This document shows positions 24,424-33,900 of a stretch of 64,000 bases of DNA, in pieces. Made by a program: the position numbers and the translations under genes. The notes below the pieces were generated by a model. It was not told the DNA's origin. It saw only the letters and a program-made list of their open reading frames with translations, and searched no databases. Source of the stretch: Tubulanus polymorphus (Eukaryota > Animalia > Nemertea); NCBI RefSeq assembly GCF_964204645.1, contig NC_134030.1, forward strand, positions 19,862,210 through 19,926,209, written 5' to 3'. Position 1 is the stretch's first letter; each line of letters starts with the position of its first letter.

Positions 24424-25274
24424 ATGGAAGGAGGTAAAGTATATAAACATATTCCATACATCGATACACATGAAAATAATGATGGTTTATATTATGTAAT
24501 ACCTTGTTATATAGCTTTGATATTTGATCCTTTTTTCAAAATTTATAAAACTAAACTAATAGAAATCGATAATAATAAAAGTGAAGTTGTTGATAATTTG
24601 TAATAAGTAATGTAATTTATAATAATGTAATACCTTCTACATCTAATAATGTAATACCTACTACATCTAATAATGTAATACCTTCTACATCTAATAATGT
24701 AATACCTTCTACATCTAATAATGAAATAATATTGAATGTTAGTGAAAATAGAAATTGTTGTGGATATTGTAAAAGTGAATTTTCAAACGCTACATCAAAT
24801 TGGAATAAACATATGAATACAAGGGTACATATAAATAATGTTATAGAACGTGTTGGTTTAAAAGAATTTATAGAACACCCATTTAGATATGTTACAAAGT
24901 TTGTTTCAAATCAAAAAGTAAATGGTGAAAAAATATATGAAGATTTATTATTAGCAACACCCAATAAAGATGAATTAGATTTAACCGATGCTAATAAAAT
25001 ATTAGAATCAAACACTGTAAATGAAATATTAGGAGCAAACACTAATAAAGATTCTATGAAACATAAAGTAGAAAATAATGATAAATTTGATTGGATGAAT
25101 AAGCATAACAATGAAACAACTATCGATGATGCGGTAAAAAGGGTGAAGAATAAGTATAACAATAATGAAGAATTTGAAGAAGATTCGGTAGAGAAATTGA
25201 ATAGATTGTTAGGGTCTGATAGTGAAGGTATTAAAATATTAATTATATTTAACTCAAATAATAATATTGGTTGA
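24424..25274 (+). pseudogene. Zinc-finger protein with NNVIPSTS repeats (frameshift near 24600)
   Basis: CGYC..WNKHMNTRVH C2H2-like finger; the 24-bp repeats are in frame with ORF 24732. Confidence 0.55.
24621..24723 (+). repeat. 24-bp minisatellite x4.3 (AATAATGTAATACCTTCTACATCT)
   Basis: Read directly from the sequence. Confidence 0.95.
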
Positions 25275-25322
25275 AAATTGTATAAAATAATAGTAAATAA
25301 AAAGGGGGTTTTAAGTATTTAA

Positions 25323-25407
25323 GGTATCTAATAGGGATCTAATAGGGTATCAATTAGGGTATCTAATAGGGCATCAGGTATTAGGGTATCTAATAGGGAA
25401 TCTAATA
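25323..25407. repeat. ~12-bp degenerate tandem repeat (GTATCTAATAGG) where the two gene blocks converge
   Basis: About 7 imperfect units in non-coding DNA. Confidence 0.9.
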
Positions 25408-25424
25408 CATAGATATATAAATAG

Positions 25425-26036
25425 TTATTTTATAAATTTATATTCATAGGGAAATTGTAGTCTCAGTAATAATTTTGAACCTTTATTATTCTTTAATTTA
25501 TTCATATATTCATCATGTAATTCAGTAGGTATAATTTGATTTTCTTCCAATGATTGTTGCATAGATTTTCAATCTTTATTGTAGAATAAAACTAGAAATC
25601 TTATATTCTCCCTAAAGTCTTTAACAATTGAATTATATTTTTGATTTAAAACCCATGTTGTTATCCCGAAATATCTCCAAGAGAAAGCTAAATAACATAA
25701 TTCACTTTCTCTAACTTTTGAATCATGTAAATTAGCGCAATCATCTACAATGAATAATGTATTTGATCCTTTATAAGTATCAATTGCTATTTTTATACAA
25801 TTATCTAAATTTTCTTTTACTGTTTTAGGATCTAATATAATAAACTTTTTCATCTTAACTATATCTCTATTATATGTTTTATTCATTTCATAAGTAGGAC
25901 AGAATAATATTATATCATCAAAATGATTCTTATAAATAGTTTCTAACAAATCTAATATGAAATGTGTTTTACCACAATTGGTTACCCCAGTAACTAACAT
26001 ATTATGCGGTTCAAATATAACTAAATCTTTATTCAT
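25425..26036 (-). pseudogene. A32/FtsK-like DNA packaging ATPase with internal stop
   Basis: Walker A GVTNCGKT, Walker B FIVDD, SWRY at the usual GRH position, NQKY, RENI; frame continues 48 codons past the TGA at 25569. Confidence 0.9.
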
Positions 26037-27087
26037 TTATTCTTTTAATTTTACTAGATAAAATCCATTCATTAAATTTATCATCGTATCCTTTATATTT
26101 CACCAAAGAATACTTTTTTCCTTTAAGAGTATTCTATTTCATCTGGATTTGGTACAAGAGATAATTCTTGTTCAAAGAAATAACCTAATATTTCTTCATC
26201 TTTTAGATCTTCTAATTTATAAACAAAAGGTTTAGTTAATATTATCTTTTTAATCTTGAATATTTCTTCAGTAAAATTTGGGGTATAACCTTTATAAAAG
26301 GTTTTTCTATATTTAGGTATTCTTACGTGTTGTCCTATTTTAAATTTAGGTTCACCGAAACCATGCGTAACAAACGCTCCATATAGATTATTCCATACTA
26401 TTTTTGAATTATCTTCTTTTCTAGCTTGTATAGGTTTCATATTTATAGAACTATGTTTAGAATTATTATATCCTTTCACTAAATCATCTAATACATCGAT
26501 ATATTTATATATTTCATTAGCAGTAAAATATTTCCACATTCTAGTTTTCAATGTTTTATTAAATCTATCTATAATAGATGCTTTTTTATCTGAATGTGTT
26601 GAAAAATAATCTACATCGTTATCAGATAATAGTTTTTTAAAATGTTTGTTATAAAATTCCTTATCTTCATCAAATTGTATCTTATCTGGAATAGCTTCTT
26701 TAAATATTGTTTTAAAAGCATTTGTTACTTCTATACCTGTTTTATTTTTGATTGGAATTGACCATGCGTATCTACTGAATATGTCTATAACATTTGATAT
26801 CCAGAAATATCCTTTGTTGTATTCTTCTAAGTTCTTCATGTCAATTAAATCTGCTTGCCATTGTTGATCGATATTTGAAACCATAACTTTTCTTGTTAAA
26901 TAAGTTTTATCCATTTTCTTGTGTATTTGATATGTTGGTTGATTTTGTAACCATAATCTTAATTCACTATATTTTATATTTTCCTTATCAGATTTAATTT
27001 TATTCCATTTAATTCTGAAACGTTAGAATATGATACTTCACTTTCTGGGTTATAATATAAATCTCTTAAATATTGTTCTTTTTTCAT
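26029..27087 (-). pseudogene. Retroviral-like (RVE) integrase with C-terminal chromodomain, frameshifted
   Basis: N-terminal LYYNPES; WQADLIDM, VIDIFSRYAW, QFDEDKEF, IDRFNKTLK (Asp where the catalytic Glu is expected), YNNSKHSSI, KGYTPNFTEEIF; chromo-like LVKYKGYDDKFNEWI. Confidence 0.93.
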
Positions 27088-27093
27088 CTTATT

Positions 27094-27462
27094 TTAATCC
27101 ATTAATAATAATTTAGATTTAGTTTCAATGACTTTATGATTTGACTTATTTTCTGGTATAATAGGTTTATTGTCATTGGAATCATATTTATCATCAGATT
27201 TGAATTTTGATTTATACATTACACCGGATAATATAATAACTGTTACTAATCCAATTGTAATATATAATTTATAATTACTTCCAGCATTAGAAGAATCAGA
27301 TGGATTATCATTCGAATCAATATCAGATAAAGTCTGTGATTCATTTATATCAGTTAATTTCTTTTTCTTAGCTTTTTTTAATTCTGAAGATCTTTTACCT
27401 AATTCTCTTGCCCATTTAATTTGTTTCTCGGATCTAGCCTTTTTCTTAACGCCATCACTCAT
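27094..27462 (-). CDS. Basic N-terminus, single-TM Polinton protein
   Basis: Lys/Arg-rich start, TM LYITIGLVTVIILSGVMY, TAAATG start. Confidence 0.65.
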   Translation of the reverse strand: MSDGVKKKARSEKQIKWARELGKRSSELKKAKKKKLTDINESQTLSDIDSNDNPSDSSNAGSNYKLYITIGLVTVIILSGVMYKSKFKSDDKYDSNDNKPIIPENKSNHKVIETKSKLLLMD

Positions 27463-28063
27463 TTATTTTAGTTAATTTTTGTTCTGATTCATTTTTTGTT
27501 TCGACGTTTGGTTGTAGTACATCTGTTTCGTTCTTACCTGATTTATATTCCATAGGCTTGATGTTCGAAAATGTTATGACGCCAGTAGAAATTAATGTCA
27601 TAACCGATCCTAATTGGAATGAAGCATAACCAACCCATTTTTGTAATTCAGTCATAACTAAGTAGTCATTTTTCAAATCACTATATAATTTATTTTCATC
27701 ATAAATTGGTATTAACTGGTTACATAATTTTGAATAACATTTGATAATACCATCACTTATAGAGTCGTTTATTCTAGCTAATCTAGCTTCTTCATAAATC
27801 TTAAAATATTTTATTACTTTATCTGGTTTCATAGCATCTAATTCTTGAAAAGTAATAATTCTATTTAAAAACTCTTTAGATTTTCCACCAGCAATTAATA
27901 ATTCAAGATGGTGTTTACAATATAAATAGTATTCATAATCTATATTGTTATTAACTTGAATATTATTTTCAATTTTGGTTGGAATATCCTTATTATCACT
28001 AATACCCAAATCATCTAATGTTGTTTCAATATCAATATTATTCTTACTCGATTTCTTTGACAT
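27455..28063 (-). CDS. Hypothetical Polinton protein
   Basis: Intact 202-aa ORF with a TAAATG start; overlaps the next gene. Confidence 0.65.
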   Translation of the reverse strand: MSKKSSKNNIDIETTLDDLGISDNKDIPTKIENNIQVNNNIDYEYYLYCKHHLELLIAGGKSKEFLNRIITFQELDAMKPDKVIKYFKIYEEARLARINDSISDGIIKCYSKLCNQLIPIYDENKLYSDLKNDYLVMTELQKWVGYASFQLGSVMTLISTGVITFSNIKPMEYKSGKNETDVLQPNVETKNESEQKLTKINE

Positions 28064-28319
28064 TTATATTAGAGAAATTTAATAAGAAAAATATTATAAG
28101 TATTATAAAATGATACCAGTATCTTTTTAGATTAATACTAGATAGTTAAAGTTAAAGAATTCTAGTATTATTATTGTTTTTTTAGTATTTTTTATTTGTG
28201 ATATAAAGTATTCTCTTTTGAAAAGAATTGTAAAAGAAAATATTAAAAATTAAAATAGAAATAATGGCTAGTTGAAGTTATTGTTTTTTAAATATATTTT
28301 ATTTGAGATATATTAATCT

Positions 28320-29105
28320 TTAACCACTCAATAAAGATTCAACGTATTGTTCATTATTTGGATTATTGTTCCATAATTCGATGAATTTTTTTACTTTTGT
28401 TAACTGTTCTAAATATAACTGTAAATCTAGTTTGTCATGTTTAATCATATTTTCCTTCTTTTCAAGAGGTCTCAGGTTTTTCCAATTCCAAATTAACTTT
28501 TTATCATATTCATCATTCATGTCAAATTTAGATATTGGTAACACATGATCAATATGAAAATAATTGCCATAATTATTTATATTCATTTTATCATCGAATT
28601 GATATATAATCCATGATTTAAAAAATTTATCTGAGCAATCTAATAATTGTGCTAGTGTAACTGAGTGGTTTTCTTTACTTAATAATTTTGATACTTTAGA
28701 TCTTAAACATTTTTTCAATTTGTAATTAAAATCTGTTTGATATCTTTCTTTCTTATAATTATTTTGATACGCTTTATAATATTCTCTATTATTATCCCTC
28801 CATTCTCTCATATATTCTGTTATATAATCTGAGTGATTTTCTCTCCATTGTTTATTTCTAACTTTGAATTTTTCAATATTATCCATATAATATTGTATTG
28901 AATAATTTGGATTATTTTCAAGAAATTTGTTATTGTATAGTTTAGTACAGCTTTTGCAATATGTTTGTTTGCCATCTTTTTTAGTTTTATTTTTTTGAAA
29001 TTCTGTTAATGATTTATTCAATTCACACTTATTACATTTCTTATGGTATATCTTTATACCACCATTATTGTTTATATTTATAGCTTGTGATTGTTCCGGC
29101 TCCAT
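28320..29105 (-). CDS. HNH-family endonuclease with N-terminal Cys zinc ribbon
   Basis: CNKC..CKSC; NYGNYFHIDHVLP..NWKNLRPL..ENMIKHDK. Confidence 0.82.
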   Translation of the reverse strand: MEPEQSQAININNNGGIKIYHKKCNKCELNKSLTEFQKNKTKKDGKQTYCKSCTKLYNNKFLENNPNYSIQYYMDNIEKFKVRNKQWRENHSDYITEYMREWRDNNREYYKAYQNNYKKERYQTDFNYKLKKCLRSKVSKLLSKENHSVTLAQLLDCSDKFFKSWIIYQFDDKMNINNYGNYFHIDHVLPISKFDMNDEYDKKLIWNWKNLRPLEKKENMIKHDKLDLQLYLEQLTKVKKFIELWNNNPNNEQYVESLLSG

Positions 29106-29123
29106 TTATAATACATATTTTTA

Positions 29124-29957
29124 TTAAAATTGATTTCCATATTTGGAGTTATGATATTTTGATTTAAGATGGTGTGATTTATTGCCTCGAGTATAATATT
29201 TTCCACAATTACATAAAACGCTTTCATTAGGATTATATTTAGGCGCAACAATTTCATCATCTAAATTACATTGAATTCCAATATCTTTATAAGAATTATT
29301 ATTATCTAATTCACATAGAATACCAATATTTGATGAATTTTCATTATAGATAATTGGTTTATCGACAAAATTTAAATAATATAATTGTCTTTTTTCAATT
29401 CTTAAGTTAATCAAATTATTGTAACCTCTAGAAAGTAGTAAATCATCATTTCTTTCATTGAAAGGAGTTTCAAGAATATTTATAATTTTTTCATCTAAAG
29501 TTCCTTTATGATTTAAAACTGTATTAAATATGTTAGGATTTTTGATTCCATTATCTATCAGTTCAATAATTAAATATGCTTCATTTGATAATATTTGATT
29601 GATTATAGAAATATTATCAATTTTATATTGTCTTCCATACACTAAATTTGTTGCTGAGATATAATTTTTAATGTTGAATAATGAAAATAAGTTATCATTA
29701 TTCTTATTTCTAATATGACTTTTAGATTTTAAATGTTCTTTATAATATCTTTTATCACTGAATGATTGATTACATGTATCACATTTGTATGTTTCTTTTT
29801 CATTCTTTAATTCATCTAATTTAGTTACTAATATATCATCTTCATATTTTAACTTTAATTTATTCTCTAAATGTGTTTTAGTTTTATTGTGTCTTGCTTT
29901 TTGGGATTTATCTATATTGATATTACATGTTGGGCAGTAGTACTTATTTGCTTCCAT
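29124..29957 (-). CDS. Multi C2H2-type zinc-finger protein
   Basis: CPTC..RHNKTKTH, CDTC..EHLKSKSH, CNCG..HHLKSKYH. Confidence 0.8.
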   Translation of the reverse strand: MEANKYYCPTCNINIDKSQKARHNKTKTHLENKLKLKYEDDILVTKLDELKNEKETYKCDTCNQSFSDKRYYKEHLKSKSHIRNKNNDNLFSLFNIKNYISATNLVYGRQYKIDNISIINQILSNEAYLIIELIDNGIKNPNIFNTVLNHKGTLDEKIINILETPFNERNDDLLLSRGYNNLINLRIEKRQLYYLNFVDKPIIYNENSSNIGILCELDNNNSYKDIGIQCNLDDEIVAPKYNPNESVLCNCGKYYTRGNKSHHLKSKYHNSKYGNQF

Positions 29958-29981
29958 TTTAATACTAAATTTTTTATTAAA

Positions 29982-30352
29982 ATTGATTTTAGAAGTTCAA
30001 TGATTTATATCATGTATTATTTCAGTCACACTTTACTAACACTTTTAATGTTAAAAAATCTAACTCACACAAATATGAATATTGAAATAATGTTTAAAAT
30101 ATATACTTTTATATTGAATAATCTGTCAATTTAAATGTTATTCATATATATGAATATTTTAAGAGTAATAGGGATAATAGGCTTTCATACCAAAGGTTGA
30201 AGGGGCGAGTGAGTAAAAAAATGAAAATAATAATAATTTACAGTTGAATTAGGAGTGTGCGCGAATAATTCAACTGTAAATTATTATTATTTTCATTTTT
30301 TATGAGCTCGACCCTTCGACCTTTGGTATGAAAGCCTATTATCCCTATTACT
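29982..30352 (-). repeat. Right terminal inverted repeat (~370 bp)
   Basis: Matches the left TIR; ends ..TATCCCTATTACT. Confidence 0.93.
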
Positions 30353-30940
30353 CACATGGATACGCGACTGGTGTAACCTGCATTTTCAAGTGTATTAATG
30401 GCTTATTCGAGCTTTCAACTTAAACCTCGTGTTGGGCGGTGATTGATTGATTCAAATTCAATTCCGCAAGATCTAGCGGTTCGAAATCAAATCAATTCGT
30501 ACGGATATAGTTAATGAAATTTTGGTCATCTTGAATTGATGCAAAGCATTGAATAATGATTTTTAGGCTAATCGTGAATATTCAATTATTCTATAACTAA
30601 AATTACGTTCGGGTTGAATGTTGTCTGATGAAATATGTAATGTCTAATGTCTAAATTCGTGTGTGAACAAATTGGAAAAATCAAAATTGAAATTAATTGA
30701 CCTTAAAATTTTGGTGAGATACATGGAATCTAGAAATTATTGCTAATTGGAAAACAGATCTGTAAGCAAAAAATCCAAACATTTCAAATCTAGAATCGGT
30801 TTCAAACTAATTGCGGCGGTAACGAAAAATGAACTCAAAAGAAGTCACAGCGAATTCTCTGATTGGACGAGCTGTAATTTGTGCTCGGTTGTTATTCGAA
30901 GAACTAAAGTTTGAATGATTCGGTTCATTCTGTCGTGTTG

Positions 30941-33900
30941 ATGCAGTTCGGTATGGATCGACTGAGAGCGCTGTTTATAGCGTCGCTGATCGTCTGGCGG
31001 GTTAACATCGCACACGCTGATCTGTCTGACTCTGTGACGGTCAGTTCGTCTTGTAACAACACTTGGTACCCCGTCGATTCTACGTCCGGTTACATCGTTT
31101 CGCCGAATTACCCGTCGTTAACGCGCGGTGTTGAATGTCGTTGGTTCGTCAACAGCTCTTTACCGGGAACTTTCAACATCAAACTATACTACGACATCGA
31201 GCCGTCGATATTCTGTAGTGATAACTACCTTCTCGTCGGTGAGTCCGATAACAGATTCTGCGGCGAAGGAAAACATGAAATCCGCCATAAGGATTCGATG
31301 TCGTTGATGTTTAGAAGTAACGTCGATGGTGCGCGGGGAAGTCGGGTTTATATCATATATCGTTTAGAACGGAACAATTTGAAATTAATTCACACCTGTG
31401 GACAATACAACAAATTACCAACATCGATAGGATACAAGTTTGCTTTGTTGGTATGGCAATGTAAATTGTATTTAGAATGGATCGGGATCCCGGATGGTTT
31501 TGCTATGAACATCACGTTTTCGCAGATAAAATTCCAATTATATCCCGGCACTGATCCAGCGAAAACTGTTCAAATTCATGAAGGATGGAACAGCAGTGAA
31601 CTTATTGCTGTAATACCAGAACAAACCGGACATCCACCTACATCCTTTTATACTAAGACAAACAAAGCTATGATCAGTTTCCTACTTGTGCAAAAGGTAC
31701 TTACGTCACAACTATCAGTTCAGGTGTACAGGATATCAGATTGGAACGTCTCTAATCCGTTAATTCAAATCTCTAATAACGAGTCTCGAGTGCTCATTCC
31801 TGATGACAACAGTTTACACGTAATAACTCGATCAAAAAACTTACACTGCTGGTCTATCACAGTGCAGGTATTACAGTACGTCGTCTTCAACTGGACAGGT
31901 GATCTCAGCACATCCGATGACGTCATTGGTGTATATAAACTAGAAGGGTTACGCGTTGTAGGAACTGATATTTTACTCGGTCACAACTACCTGGAATCAC
32001 TGAGTGTTAAATCTGACGGCTTTCTCGTCATACTGTGCGTTTTAATAAGACCAGGTGTTTTACAGTCGAATTTGAAAATTGAATTTGAAGTGAAATCTTT
32101 TTCCATAAATGACATACGAGTGGATAAACGCTCGGTGAGTATTGTGCGGTTTTATTTCAAGTTTAGGATTTTGTGTGTGGATCTCTATTATTAGGTTTCA
32201 TGCGTAGACTTTTTGTTTGTGTTCTGAGAATAAAGTGAAAGTCTTCGAAGCCTACACGAGAAGTTACGTGCACTTTTTCTTGGAGATCCAGATACTATAA
32301 CTGCATGTGTAAACGATTATTGGGATGATTTAGGGTGGGTTTTTCAACTAAAATATTTTAGTGGGAAATTAGGATTTACCACCTGAAGAAGAAAAATTTC
32401 ATTTTAGTATATCTTAAAACACGAATTGCTGCACGTGACAAAATCATTAATCGACATAGATTTGAAAATGTTGTTATGTTATTAATACTTTAAAAAAACA
32501 AATGCTGGTTTGATATATTTTCTAGATATCTGGTAACACATACAGATACGGTTTGTTTGTCCAAAGATTGTTCCCGACGACAAAGAAGACAACATTATCG
32601 TATCGTATAAATACATATGAATTCAAACGGAAAGTTGATATCTATGAGGATAGATTAGAACTGACCGTTTTATCAGAGACGTGCGAGAGAGCTGGATTTT
32701 ATATATATGATGGTGGTAATTTTACAGCTAGACGCTATGGTCCGTATTGTCCTGGTTCAAACTACGGTCGTAGCGTCGTCAGTCTGATTACATCAGGAGG
32801 ACCGGTTACTGTAGTAGCATACGCTTATAACTGGGATAAAAAGTTAATAGTTTATGCGTTGTCATATCTAGTATTCGCCCCTACTGATTGTGACGGGTAT
32901 GTTCTGCAGGAAGAAGAAAATCAGATCAATATGACGTCACACTGCCTCACGATTACACCTGAAAACCGGCGCCTTCCTTTAGAAAATATTTATATATTAT
33001 CAGACCACGAATATCAAATGTACTCATGTATCCGTGGTTTCAATTTGTGTCCCGATGTTACATTTACAACTCAATTACTGAATAACAGTCTCTTATTGAA
33101 TCATCTGATGATAAAAGGAAGTAGTTATTGGTTCTGGATTAATCCACTGATGATTGTACTAAGACGTAAATGTTTGAGGTTGATGATCTATCAAGATTCC
33201 CCGGTACTTATTACTTTCAACATAGCATACGTCCCGCCGATGCGAGAAAAATGTGGAGTCGCACAATCACCGAACTATCCTGGATATGTTCCATGGCGCA
33301 GTAAATCAAGTTTGTACTACTCATTTCATTACGACAAACCTTTGAATTATTACATCAGATTCCTTTTCAAATTAATGGGACACGCCTCGTGCAGCCCTTC
33401 TAGTAGTAAAACTGTTCGAGATCTGTTATTACTCGTACAGACTATTTTTAAAGTCGATAGTCTGGTATACCATATGGGTCGGCACCATACTAAAATATGT
33501 GAAAATAACGCTGTACCTGGACTTGTATTGTACAGTCTACTGGGGCATAACGTTTACTTTGAAGCGAAAAACTATATCCCAATATTTCAAATTCAATACA
33601 CTTTAGAACAATCACCTTCACAAACACATCGAAATAATGGCTGTGAATCAGATTTTCTAGATTCAGGTGTTTCGTGTATCAGATACATCAAACACGAACG
33701 TCTGAACTGGGAGAACGCTGAAATGTATTGTCAACAGAAATACGGAGGACATCTTCTCAGTATCAACTCTGAACAGGAAGTGATTGCCGTAAAAAAACTG
33801 TTCGCTACGAAACTTCTTCAGGAGGCGTATTCACAGGCGGCGCTGATTGTGATGATTGGATTGAAATGGCAGGTAATTTCAAATTATCGTTATGAACATG

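Larger units (their letters stand above)
13127..30352 (+). mobile_element. Polinton/Maverick (endogenous polintovirus), 17,226 bp, decayed
   Basis: 5'-AG...CT-3' termini; TSD CACATG at 13121-13126 and 30353-30358; empty sites (GAGA-CACACG-GAT) at ~42623 and ~53594; TIRs; pPolB, integrase, ATPase, MCP and penton genes; much more AT-rich than the flanks. Confidence 0.97.

Noticed and set aside
24621-24723. 24-bp repeats as a CRISPR array
   Set aside because: Head-to-tail with no spacers, in frame as NNVIPSTS, eukaryotic context, no cas genes.
25353-25386. TTAGGG telomeric repeats
   Set aside because: Only two isolated hexamers, as variants of the 12-bp unit.
13127-30352. Contaminant or misassembled viral contig
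   Set aside because: Exact 6-bp TSD, matching TIRs and empty paralogous sites show a true integration.
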